Origin: an uncultured virus (IMG/VR IMGVR_UViG_3300027749_000064)
Taxonomy: Duplodnaviria > Heunggongvirae > Uroviricota > Caudoviricetes
IMG/VR virus record: IMGVR_UViG_3300027749_000064
DNA length: 36,993 nucleotides
Strand: one strand, 5' to 3'
Of the stretch, positions 8,776 to 17,630 are shown one piece after another. Below the pieces are notes generated by a model. It was not told the origin of the DNA and searched no databases. It saw only the letters and a program-made list of their open reading frames with translations. Numbering within the stretch: the first letter of the stretch is position 1; each line of letters starts with the position of its first letter. A program made the position numbers and the translations under genes.

Positions 8776-9814
8776 AATTTATTTTCAATTATACAATCCA
8801 ACTGGAATGATTAATCAAGTTATGAGTATGGAGTTAGCAGTTGGCTTAGCGCACGAAACAAAAAGAGAAACTATTATCCATTATGTTTCTAATAATGGAG
8901 ACAATCTTTACAACTTTAGAACAGTTCCAATTTTTACACCGAGTCGCTGGTACAACCCTCAAAGAAAAGGTTTTATCAACGGAGATCAGTTTCCACACCT
9001 TTCGGATATACTTGAGTGGGATGATTTAAATATAACTTTAATAAATGAAAAAATTGATAGTTTTGAAGATGAACATCTTGTTATTCCAGATTTAATGAAC
9101 AATTATTATTTTTCTAAAGAAGAAAGTGTTAGCGAAAATGAACTTAGTTTTGCAGAAACAAGATCAAGACTTGAGTTCAATGATAATTCTAATATTCATT
9201 TAAAGCTTACTCTTGGTTGGTATTCAAGGTTTTTCTATAACAGAGATAAAGATCTTGATCGCATTTTAAGTAATGTTAAATTTAAAAAAGAATATTATGA
9301 TTTTGCTGCAATGGTAGCATCCTCTTTAGGAAATTTTCAAGCAGGTCACATTAGGCTTTCAGATCATTTAAGAATGTTTGAAACAACACAAGCAATGTTT
9401 GAGTATAATCTTTCAAGACTTGAAAAAAATAATTTGCCTATTGTTATATCAACTTGTGAACCAAATCATAAGATGATTAAAGATAATAGTCATAGATTTA
9501 TTTTACTTGATGAGTATATTGTTAATAATTTTTATAAAGAGTTCCAAGATCTTAAATTTAAAGACGAGATAGTATTTGGCCTTATCTGTAACTTAGTGCT
9601 ACATCACTCTAAGTATTTTATAGGCACATCAGGTAGCACATACACTGGGTATGTACAAAGAAAAAGAAATCAAAATGGTCTTGTAGAAAACTGGGAGTTC
9701 TGGGACAATCCTTGGGACATATCTAATGGGCCGTTTTCTTGGAACGGCTACGCTTTAGAAAATGGAAGAAAGATGTGGTGGAGAGAATGGGAAGAATCAA
9801 AATTAAATTTTTAA
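8759..9814 (+). CDS. GDP-fucose O-fucosyltransferase-like glycosyltransferase (GT-B, O-FucT superfamily)
   Basis: N-terminal G.INQ.M.....LA....R, central HIRLSD (HxR), C-terminal FIGTSGSTYTGYV.R.R. Confidence 0.72.
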   Translation: MISSDKIYFQLYNPTGMINQVMSMELAVGLAHETKRETIIHYVSNNGDNLYNFRTVPIFTPSRWYNPQRKGFINGDQFPHLSDILEWDDLNITLINEKIDSFEDEHLVIPDLMNNYYFSKEESVSENELSFAETRSRLEFNDNSNIHLKLTLGWYSRFFYNRDKDLDRILSNVKFKKEYYDFAAMVASSLGNFQAGHIRLSDHLRMFETTQAMFEYNLSRLEKNNLPIVISTCEPNHKMIKDNSHRFILLDEYIVNNFYKEFQDLKFKDEIVFGLICNLVLHHSKYFIGTSGSTYTGYVQRKRNQNGLVENWEFWDNPWDISNGPFSWNGYALENGRKMWWREWEESKLNF

Positions 9815-9874
9815 AAAACATTGCGTTTAGGTATAAGCAATGGAAAAAATATCGCAAGATTAAAAAATCAAATC

Positions 9875-9883
9875 TGATATACT
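9875..9883 (+). promoter_or_regulatory. Extended -10 promoter giving a probable leaderless mRNA
   Basis: TGATATACT, 6 nt, then ATG 9890 with no SD sequence. Confidence 0.6.
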
Positions 9884-9889
9884 AGTAAT

Positions 9890-10846
9890 ATGTTATTTGA
9901 CTTGTACTACAAAAATGTAATACCACACCACAGTTACGATAAAAACAATAAGTATAAAGATTACTCTGGCGTATTCCCCACGCTAGCAGCACATTCAGAG
10001 GTAGCAAGGCCAGAGTACAACTATATTTGGAATAGCGATGGGTTAAGGTCTATTGAGTTTTCAAATAAACCAAATGTAATTGCATTAGGGTGTTCAATAA
10101 CTTTAGGACAGGGGCTACCAGTAGATTTAAGATGGTCAAACCTATTGTCAGATATGTTAAATAAACACGGGAAATATTCAATAGGTAATATATCTTATAG
10201 TGGAGCAGCGATAAACAAAGACGTTTTAAGTTTTTTTGGTTTAATAAATCAATATAACTATTTGCCAGAATATGTAATTTGTAATTTTGCAAATTTTGAA
10301 AGGTTTTATTTTGTTGATTCAAACAATGAGTATATGCGTGATAACTATGCAAACCATAAACCAAGAGCTTATAAAGCAAATGCACCATTTGACTATGAAT
10401 CTATTATTCCTTATGAATGGATTTATTATAATAATTTAGAGCATATAAAAATGCTTGAGGTTTTTTGTAAAGCCAACAATATCAAATTAATTTGGAGCTG
10501 TTGGTCAAATAATTTAGATGAAAATAAAGAAAAGTTCTTGTTAGAAAATTTTGAATTTTATGTGCAAGATCCAACAAGAAAACAATTTCCTAAAGATTTT
10601 GAGTTTTTGGTAAATCCAGACAGCATAGATAATCTTGAACAATATTATAAAATGAATGATTGGGATCTTATTAAATGCCATGAAGATTATTATAATAAAC
10701 ATAAGGAAATATTTGACCATGGGTATGACTATCATAAAATTGCAGGATCTTGGGGGCCAGGCGCACACTGGCCTCATCCAGGAATACATAAACAAATTCA
10801 CTGGGCAGAATTTTATTATGAAGAGATGAAAAAAAACTGGATTTAA
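9890..10846 (+). CDS. SGNH/GDSL hydrolase-fold protein (esterase or acyltransferase)
   Basis: NSDGLRS, block I ALGCSITLGQG, C-terminal HPG...H. Confidence 0.6.
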   Translation: MLFDLYYKNVIPHHSYDKNNKYKDYSGVFPTLAAHSEVARPEYNYIWNSDGLRSIEFSNKPNVIALGCSITLGQGLPVDLRWSNLLSDMLNKHGKYSIGNISYSGAAINKDVLSFFGLINQYNYLPEYVICNFANFERFYFVDSNNEYMRDNYANHKPRAYKANAPFDYESIIPYEWIYYNNLEHIKMLEVFCKANNIKLIWSCWSNNLDENKEKFLLENFEFYVQDPTRKQFPKDFEFLVNPDSIDNLEQYYKMNDWDLIKCHEDYYNKHKEIFDHGYDYHKIAGSWGPGAHWPHPGIHKQIHWAEFYYEEMKKNWI

Positions 10847-10847
10847 T

Positions 10848-12290
10848 ATGAAAATATTGGGGTATAACGAAACATCACACGATGCTGCTATGGCATTAAT
10901 TGACGATGAAAAAATACTGTTTGCTGGTCATGCTGAAAGATATAGTAAGAAGAAGAATGATTGGTATAACAATGATGAAATAATTACTGATCTTTATTCT
11001 TATGGAACTCCAGACGCTGTAGCATATTATGAAAAATCTAATTTAAAACGATTAAGAATTAAATTGCGTGGGGGTGCTTCGGACTGGAAACCTCTTTGGT
11101 CAGTATCAAAAGTAAAAGAATTTAAGCATCATTACTCGCATGCAGCAGCAGGGTATTACACAAGTCAATTTGATGATGCTGTGATAGTAGTTCTGGATGC
11201 CATTGGTGAATTCAATACTTCAACTGTTTGGGTCGGGGAGGAAGATAAAATCTCCTTGGTAAGTAAAAAAAATTATCCGTTTAGCTTTGGTTTGTTTTAT
11301 TCAGCATTTACTCAGCTTATCGGACTTATGCCAAATCAAGAAGAGTATATTATGATGGGTATGGCTGCATATGGAAATCCAAATAAATACTTTGATAAAG
11401 TAAACAAGTACTTTCCTAGTTTTAAAAAGCAAAGAAAAAATTTTCATAGTGGTATTAATAATTGGAATCTAAAAATTACAGAGCAAGATAAGTTTGATAT
11501 TGCAGCATCAGTTCAAAAAGTTTATGAAAAAAGATTAATGGAATTTATGCATAATGTAAAGTGGAAAACAAAAAAGAATAAATTAGTTTTTATGGGCGGT
11601 TGTGCTTTAAACTGTTCTGCAAACACAAGACTTTGGGAAGTTTTTCATGATATTTGGATTATGCCAAACCCAGGAGATGCAGGCTCTAGTCTTGGGGCAG
11701 CTTTAGCATTAAGAGGAAAACATATTAAGTGGGAAGGCCCGTACCTTGGATACGACTTAGGAAATGATTATCCAGTTGAAGAAATATTAGATCAACTTGT
11801 CAGTAAAGGTGTAGCACCAGTTGCAGCGGGACGTGCAGAATTTGGGCCTAGAGCTTTTGGAAACAGAAGTATATTGGCTGATCCAACAGATATTAGAATA
11901 AAAGATAAAGTAAATAAAATTAAACAAAGAGAACTTTTTAGACCTTTTGCTCCAGTAGTTATGGAAGAACATGCAAATGAATGGTTTGATATGCCAAGGG
12001 GTAAGCCAACCCCATATATGCAATATGCGGTAAAATGTTTAAAGCCAGATTTAATTCCAGCGGTTGTTCATAAAGATGGAACCTCAAGAGTTCAAACGGT
12101 AAATAAAGATCAACACCCAGGTTTGTATGCTGTGCTTTCTGAATGGTATAAACTAACAGGCGTTCCAGTTCTTTTAAATACTAGTTTAAACATAAAAGGG
12201 CAACCATTATTAAATGATGAGTCTGATATAAAATTGTGGAATAAAGTGTATAATAGTACAATAATCACTGGCAGCAAAAAAAATAAATAA
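10848..12290 (+). CDS. Carbamoyltransferase, NodU/CmcH family
   Basis: HDAA, ERYSKKKND, HHYSHAA, GGCALNC, GDAGSSLGAA, EFGPRAFGNRSILA, RPFAP, HKDGTSRVQTV, LLNTSLN. Confidence 0.95.
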   Translation: MKILGYNETSHDAAMALIDDEKILFAGHAERYSKKKNDWYNNDEIITDLYSYGTPDAVAYYEKSNLKRLRIKLRGGASDWKPLWSVSKVKEFKHHYSHAAAGYYTSQFDDAVIVVLDAIGEFNTSTVWVGEEDKISLVSKKNYPFSFGLFYSAFTQLIGLMPNQEEYIMMGMAAYGNPNKYFDKVNKYFPSFKKQRKNFHSGINNWNLKITEQDKFDIAASVQKVYEKRLMEFMHNVKWKTKKNKLVFMGGCALNCSANTRLWEVFHDIWIMPNPGDAGSSLGAALALRGKHIKWEGPYLGYDLGNDYPVEEILDQLVSKGVAPVAAGRAEFGPRAFGNRSILADPTDIRIKDKVNKIKQRELFRPFAPVVMEEHANEWFDMPRGKPTPYMQYAVKCLKPDLIPAVVHKDGTSRVQTVNKDQHPGLYAVLSEWYKLTGVPVLLNTSLNIKGQPLLNDESDIKLWNKVYNSTIITGSKKNK

Positions 12291-12344
12291 ATGCTATAAT
12301 GTAATGAGAGGGATAATTTCTGAAGAATATTGGAAAAATAATAA

Positions 12345-12551
12345 ATGATATCTTTAAATAAAGATGAAAAATTAATAATAGCAAATTCTCATTTAAATGC
12401 TTTAATAAATAGAGAAAAAGAATTAATGTTGTTAAAGGAAGGTCTTTCAACAATAGATGCAGAGTCAATTATTGAATCTTTAATGGATTTAATAAAAAAA
12501 AGGCAAGCAATAAATAATGAAATTGCAAATATTTTGTTAAAAACGCAATAA
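12345..12551 (+). CDS. Small helical hypothetical protein, paralog of 12598..12837
   Basis: L...EK.IIA..HL motif; TGCTATAAT upstream at 12292-12300. Confidence 0.6.
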   Translation: MISLNKDEKLIIANSHLNALINREKELMLLKEGLSTIDAESIIESLMDLIKKRQAINNEIANILLKTQ

Positions 12552-12552
12552 A

Positions 12553-12582
12553 TTGACCATATCGTATAAAGTATGATACAAT
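12553..12582 (+). promoter_or_regulatory. Promoter TTGACC-N18-TACAAT with extended TG
   Basis: Hexamers followed by AGGAG RBS and ATG 12598. Confidence 0.55.
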
Positions 12583-12597
12583 AAATTAGGAGAAAAA

Positions 12598-12837
12598 ATG
12601 ACAATACTTACACCAGAAGAAAAAAAAATTATAGCAGAGCAGCATCTAAAAACTGTTTTGTTTTCAGAATATAATATATCTTTAAGTTTAATGGAATCTA
12701 ATGCAATAGTTGATAAAAATCAAACTAACATTGATGCATTAAATAATCAAATGAATGAAGTTCTTTCTCAAAAAAATATTTTGCAAGCAGAACTTGATTC
12801 AATAGAAGCAGAGATAGCTTCACAAACAACAGCATAA
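12598..12837 (+). CDS. Small coiled-coil hypothetical protein
   Basis: AGGAG RBS; LTPEEKKIIAEQHL motif. Confidence 0.7.
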   Translation: MTILTPEEKKIIAEQHLKTVLFSEYNISLSLMESNAIVDKNQTNIDALNNQMNEVLSQKNILQAELDSIEAEIASQTTA

Positions 12838-12845
12838 GGATAAAA

Positions 12846-13040
12846 ATGGAAAATAATCAAAAAGCAGAATTAATAATTACTGCTTTACAACAGCGTATTG
12901 GTGAACTAGTTTCAAATTATGAAACTCAAATTGCGATACTTAGAGCAGATTTAACAGGGTTAATGCAACAAGAAGAAGAAAAGAAAAAGGCGTTAGATGA
13001 ATATTCTCAAGGTCTTTCAGAAAAAACAGCAACCGCTTAA
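12846..13040 (+). CDS. Small coiled-coil hypothetical protein
   Basis: AAGGA RBS; heptad pattern ALQQRIGELVSNYETQIAILRADLT. Confidence 0.7.
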   Translation: MENNQKAELIITALQQRIGELVSNYETQIAILRADLTGLMQQEEEKKKALDEYSQGLSEKTATA

Positions 13041-13392
13041 AAATTATAACCCAAGTGTTCCGAGTGGATTAATAGCTCATACAGAATCGGGTTATTTTTA
13101 TATTAAGGGAAATAAAAAATTTAAATTTATATCTGAAAGAGCTGTTATTTCTTGGGGATTACCAATAATTAAAACTATTGATAAACAATTAAATAAATTA
13201 GTCTTAACAGGAACTTTAGGGTTTAGAGACGGAACTTTGATAAAAGATATTTCAGATGGTAAAATATATCTTATAAGCGATTCAAAAAAACGACATATAA
13301 CTGATCCAGATGTTTTAGAGTGGCTTAATGGTAAAATCATTGTGATTGGGCAAAAAGAACTTTTTGTTCATGACGAAGGAGAAGATCTATAA
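12997..13392 (+). CDS. Hypothetical protein with two small beta-repeat modules
   Basis: G.L......G.(F/I)Y.I...KK..I occurs twice; start uncertain. Confidence 0.55.
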   Translation: MNILKVFQKKQQPLKNYNPSVPSGLIAHTESGYFYIKGNKKFKFISERAVISWGLPIIKTIDKQLNKLVLTGTLGFRDGTLIKDISDGKIYLISDSKKRHITDPDVLEWLNGKIIVIGQKELFVHDEGEDL

Positions 13393-13393
13393 A

Positions 13394-13654
13394 ATGTATG
13401 TTCCTATCAAATCTTGGGTTAAGAGAGATAGGAAAATTAGTAAAGAAGGATATATTTTAATAAAGATTCCAGAACATCCTAAAAGTTTTAAAGGCTGGTA
13501 TTATGAACACCGCCTTATAATTGAAAAACAATTAAATAGAATTATTGAAGATTGGGAAACTATTCATCATATAAATAAAAATAAAATTGATAATAGATTA
13601 ATTAATCTTTTTATATGTTCAAGATTAGAACATAATAAAGCTCACGTTGCTTGA
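13394..13654 (+). CDS. HNH endonuclease
   Basis: GYILIKIPEHP, YEHRLIIEKQL, IHHINKNKIDNRLINL, H...H; ATG 13394 preferred as start. Confidence 0.85.
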   Translation: MYVPIKSWVKRDRKISKEGYILIKIPEHPKSFKGWYYEHRLIIEKQLNRIIEDWETIHHINKNKIDNRLINLFICSRLEHNKAHVA

Positions 13655-13680
13655 CAAAAAATAACATAATGCGATACAAT
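13651..13680 (+). promoter_or_regulatory. Promoter TTGACA-N18-TACAAT
   Basis: Consensus -35 upstream of the phosphoesterase gene. Confidence 0.6.
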
Positions 13681-13706
13681 TAACTAAACCCCTAGAAAGG
13701 GATTAA

Positions 13707-14462
13707 ATGAATAATGATTTAAAATGGATGATGGTCTCAGATGTCCACTTCCCCCGCCACGATGAACGCAAAGTAGAATTATTTCTTAAAGTTATGAAGT
13801 GGTGGAAACCAGATTCAGTAGACCTTCTTGGCGATATTGATGATGCTGATTCTACAAGTCGTTGGGCAGATGGATACCCCGATGAAGGAATTTCTATTAT
13901 GGACGGCGGTGTTTTAGGAACACGTCAGTTCTTGTCAGATATTAGAAATATTGTACCAAATGCTGATTGTCATTTTCATGATGGTAATCACGGTTGGACA
14001 AGACATGGAGATTATATTGCAAAGAAAGCTCCAACATTATTAGATTTCGTTACACCAGATTCACTCTATGAATATACTAAGCATGGTTTTAATTGGCATC
14101 ATTATAATGAACCTCCAGTTAAACGTTTTGGCGATTTGTATGGTCACCATGGCGAATCCATTTCTAAACACTCTGGGGAATCTGTTCGTAACGATGTAAA
14201 CAACTGGGGAATTTCCTTGGTTCGTGGACATTCTCACCGTATGGGTGCCTATTATCAAACATACAATCTAAGCGGTCAAGAACTGCGTGGATATGAAATT
14301 GGGCATCTTTGCGATGAAGAAAAAATGGATTACTCCATACAAAAAAATTGGCAGGCAGGGTTTGCAGTAGCACATGTTGTTAATGACTATCCTCACGTCC
14401 AGCTAATACAAATTACACGAGATTATACTTGTGTAGTTGACGGTAAGATTTTTACCGCATAA
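13707..14462 (+). CDS. Calcineurin-like metallophosphoesterase
   Basis: SDVHFP, LGDIDD, GNH, HG, GHSHR motifs. Confidence 0.9.
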   Translation: MNNDLKWMMVSDVHFPRHDERKVELFLKVMKWWKPDSVDLLGDIDDADSTSRWADGYPDEGISIMDGGVLGTRQFLSDIRNIVPNADCHFHDGNHGWTRHGDYIAKKAPTLLDFVTPDSLYEYTKHGFNWHHYNEPPVKRFGDLYGHHGESISKHSGESVRNDVNNWGISLVRGHSHRMGAYYQTYNLSGQELRGYEIGHLCDEEKMDYSIQKNWQAGFAVAHVVNDYPHVQLIQITRDYTCVVDGKIFTA

Positions 14463-14479
14463 CCTAAATAGGAGAAATA

Positions 14480-14662
14480 ATGAACGCAAAGACAAAAGCT
14501 CTTGTAGAGCACTATGTAATGGCAACAGCAGCAGCTGGTGTAGCAATTTGGCAAACAGGCAATCATGATCTTAAGAGAGTTTCATGGGCCGCACTTGTAG
14601 GCGTACTTGGTCCAGTGCTTAAGGGTGCTTACGATCACGCAACAAAACCAGCAGCAAAGTAA
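14480..14662 (+). CDS. Small membrane protein, holin-like
   Basis: AGGAG RBS; two short hydrophobic segments and a basic C-terminus. Confidence 0.45.
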   Translation: MNAKTKALVEHYVMATAAAGVAIWQTGNHDLKRVSWAALVGVLGPVLKGAYDHATKPAAK

Positions 14663-14682
14663 TTCATAGATAAAACTAAATA

Positions 14683-14868
14683 ATGCTTAAGTGTAAAAAA
14701 TGTACAGGGCGAGTATTTGTTGACAGAGTTTATTCCCAGAACCTGCGAGTTGAATTGTTCTGTATCATGTGTGGGAAAAGATGGATGGTCAAAAGAGATA
14801 ATAGGTTTGCATTATGGGTAGCAAAAAAAGAGGAAACTCTGCAACACGGTTACGGTATTTCTATCTAA
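14683..14868 (+). CDS. Zinc-ribbon protein
   Basis: CKKC...CIMCG. Confidence 0.7.
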   Translation: MLKCKKCTGRVFVDRVYSQNLRVELFCIMCGKRWMVKRDNRFALWVAKKEETLQHGYGISI

Positions 14869-15329
14869 ACGATAAGTTGCATAAAGTTTTGCGTCGCTCA
14901 AGAGCAGAAGATCTTTTAATTGCTTGGGACTATCAATTGGGTAAGCGTGTTGCTTATAACTTGACAGATGTCAATAAAAATAAACAATATGCTTACCCCA
15001 TCAAAGAAGTTGTTAAAATAATTGGTAAACATGAAGATACTATAAAATGGCATTTATATAAAGGCAATTTAAAATTTCCACAAAGAGTTTATTCTTTAAA
15101 TGGAAATAAAACTCCAGGAAAATATTTTTGGAGCGAAGATGATATTAGAGGTATGCATGATTTTTTTAAAACAGTTCACAGAGGACGACCAAGAAATGAT
15201 GGCGGTATTACACCAGGTGACATGCCAAGTAGAGCAGAATTAGAAGCAATGATTAAACAAGAAAATATTTTATATGTTAAAAATAATGATGGGGAATTTA
15301 TCCCAGTTTGGAAGGCACCTGAATGGTAA
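14814..15329 (+). CDS. Putative HTH (MerR/excisionase-like) DNA-binding protein
   Basis: YPIKEVVKIIGKHEDTIKWHLYKG...YFWSEDDI, followed by an AT-hook-like RGRPR. Confidence 0.55.
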   Translation: MGSKKRGNSATRLRYFYLNDKLHKVLRRSRAEDLLIAWDYQLGKRVAYNLTDVNKNKQYAYPIKEVVKIIGKHEDTIKWHLYKGNLKFPQRVYSLNGNKTPGKYFWSEDDIRGMHDFFKTVHRGRPRNDGGITPGDMPSRAELEAMIKQENILYVKNNDGEFIPVWKAPEW

Positions 15330-15562
15330 ATGATAAAATAAATAAAGAGGCAAAGCAGACTTTGGATGCAGCATTAAAAGTTTTAGAATATGCCATGGAG
15401 CTAGCTTTACAAAAAGATGATCTAGATGCTATGATAGCAATATCGGATCGTTTGATGATGTTGTATCAACATCTTTCGGATAAAAATCCAAAAAAGTTTA
15501 AACCAGGATTTGCTTTAGTTGAAAGGGAAGAAAAAAAGAATGACGAACCAGACGAGCATTAG
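15323..15562 (+). CDS. Hypothetical protein
   Basis: ORF tightly packed in the operon. Confidence 0.6.
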   Translation: MVNDKINKEAKQTLDAALKVLEYAMELALQKDDLDAMIAISDRLMMLYQHLSDKNPKKFKPGFALVEREEKKNDEPDEH

Positions 15563-15749
15563 AATTGATTTACAGTTCACCCGAAATCTAGGTAATTATG
15601 AAAATATTAAAATTGGTATTGCCGTTGAAGACTTTAAGCGTCAAGGAGAAAGTACTGATGAAGCAACTGATAGAGTTTATGATTTTGTTGAAAAAAAGTT
15701 AATTGAAAAAGTCAATCAGATTGAAGAAGAGCTAAAGGTTAAAAAATGA
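15540..15749 (+). CDS. Hypothetical phage protein
   Basis: TRNLGNYENIKI motif; ATG 15540 preferred as start. Confidence 0.65.
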   Translation: MTNQTSIRIDLQFTRNLGNYENIKIGIAVEDFKRQGESTDEATDRVYDFVEKKLIEKVNQIEEELKVKK

Positions 15750-16078
15750 CAAAAGATGAAGCAAAACTAGCTTATGGGTTAGTTTCACTTTATTGCGCTT
15801 TGTATAAAGAAACTTATAAAAAGCCAGCTGTTGTAAATAAGTATAGAGAAAAATGGGCTATGCAAGATGTTATTGATAGCGTAGGGTATGACCGTGCCAA
15901 GGTGCTTTTAGAATATTATTTTAAGATTATTAAAAATGGACATCCCTTATCTTGGTTTTTTTATAATTTTGAAAAATTAAATATAACTTTACAGCAAACA
16001 GAAGAAGATAAAACTCGCAGGGAATTAATAAGAGCAAAAACCAAGTCTATGGTTGAAGAAAGAGACAATGAACGCTGA
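15746..16078 (+). CDS. Hypothetical protein upstream of the helicase (possible loader/initiator)
   Basis: ATGA overlap; function inferred from position only. Confidence 0.55.
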   Translation: MTKDEAKLAYGLVSLYCALYKETYKKPAVVNKYREKWAMQDVIDSVGYDRAKVLLEYYFKIIKNGHPLSWFFYNFEKLNITLQQTEEDKTRRELIRAKTKSMVEERDNER

Positions 16079-17294
16079 ATCAGCAGTTATAACATCTGTA
16101 TGCAGCAATAAAGATATTTCCACTGTACTTGCTGAAAATATTGATGAAGTATTTACTTCTCACCGAGATGTATGGGAAGGTTTAAAGTCTTATTATTTAA
16201 AGTTTAAATCTGTTCCAGATATTTCAGTACTTACTGAAAAATTTAAAGATTTTGAACCAGCAAAAGTAAACGGTGAAACAGCCTATTATCTTGATCAACT
16301 TAAAAACGAATATCTTGCTGGCAGATTAAGAAATTTGCTTTTAACATCAGGCGCTAGTCTAAAAACAGAAGCATCTGCTAGGGTGATTGCTCAGATGCAA
16401 TCAGAATTAAATGGCCTTGGTAAATTAACTGCAAATGTTAGAGACGTAGATTTAACTGATTATAAATCTGCTCAAAAACATTTTGAAGCAGTTAGAACAA
16501 GATCTGATGCGATGGGCGGTAGCCCAGGAATTATGACAGGGTTTAAAGCTATTGACTATGCATATCCTACAGGTATGGCTCCAGGACACCTTATAGTGAT
16601 GATTGGTTGGCCAGGTAAGGGTAAGACATGGTTCTCTTCTTATTTAGCCTGTAAAGCTTGGGAACAGGGATTTAAACCAATGATTATCTCTCTTGAAATG
16701 ACACCAGAAAATATGCGGGATCGCATTTATACAATGTTGGGTTCTGGTCTTTTTAAATCTTCAGATTTTGCAAGAGGTAGCGTTGATATGGCAGCCTTTG
16801 ATGATTGGGGTTCTAAAAAATTTCTTGATAAAAATGGTTTTATTCTTGTTTCAAATGAAGGCGCTGGTCAAATAACTCCAACAACCGTGCAAGCAAAAAT
16901 TGATCAACACAAACCTGATTTAGTAATTTTAGATTATCATCAATTATTTTCTGATTCAAATAATTCAAAAGCCCCTACAGAACGTAATATGAATATTTCT
17001 CGTGAATTTAAAATGCTTGCTATGAGAAATAATATTCCAGTTATTGATATTACTGCTGCAACAGCAGAAGAAACTTCTGATCATGATTCGCCGCCAATGC
17101 TTAATCAGGTGGCTTGGTCAAAAGCAATTGAATATGATGCTGATATGGCAATTGCAGTACATAAGAATCCTGATTCTAATATAATGGAAATTGTAAGTAG
17201 AAAAAATCGTCATGGCACTGATTTTGGTATGTATTTGGATTGGGATTTAAATCGCGGTATTGTAAAAGAAGTTTATGATATACCAATAAGCTAG
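16068..17294 (+). CDS. dnaB: DnaB-like replicative helicase
   Basis: Walker A GWPGKGKT, ISLEM, ILDYHQL, IEYDAD, KNRHG. Confidence 0.93.
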   Translation: MNAESAVITSVCSNKDISTVLAENIDEVFTSHRDVWEGLKSYYLKFKSVPDISVLTEKFKDFEPAKVNGETAYYLDQLKNEYLAGRLRNLLLTSGASLKTEASARVIAQMQSELNGLGKLTANVRDVDLTDYKSAQKHFEAVRTRSDAMGGSPGIMTGFKAIDYAYPTGMAPGHLIVMIGWPGKGKTWFSSYLACKAWEQGFKPMIISLEMTPENMRDRIYTMLGSGLFKSSDFARGSVDMAAFDDWGSKKFLDKNGFILVSNEGAGQITPTTVQAKIDQHKPDLVILDYHQLFSDSNNSKAPTERNMNISREFKMLAMRNNIPVIDITAATAEETSDHDSPPMLNQVAWSKAIEYDADMAIAVHKNPDSNIMEIVSRKNRHGTDFGMYLDWDLNRGIVKEVYDIPIS

Positions 17295-17346
17295 TTTATG
17301 TAATCACTCATTAACTTGATATAATTATCAAGAAAGATTGGTGAGC

Positions 17347-17628
17347 ATGTACCCTAGAAAAATACATGATTTTTGGATGAATGGAATTATTAAAGATGAT
17401 TCTATTTTTCAAAGTTCAAGAGAAAACTATGAAAGACTTTTAGTCCAGCAAATGCGAGACAAAGGTTATGTTCCCGTTCTTGACATGCAGCCGCAGTTTA
17501 ATGTAAAATATAATGAAGAGAAAGATCACTATACTTTCAATCTTGTAATGTACGGCATGTACTTAGGTAAAGTCAAAGCATTAAAGCATGAGGGGTTCTC
17601 TGGTCAGAGTTTAATACCTAAAGGATAA
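17347..17628 (+). CDS. Hypothetical phage protein
   Basis: TGATATAAT at 17317-17325 upstream; start could be TTG 17338 or ATG 17347. Confidence 0.6.
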   Translation: MYPRKIHDFWMNGIIKDDSIFQSSRENYERLLVQQMRDKGYVPVLDMQPQFNVKYNEEKDHYTFNLVMYGMYLGKVKALKHEGFSGQSLIPKG

Positions 17629-17630
17629 AA

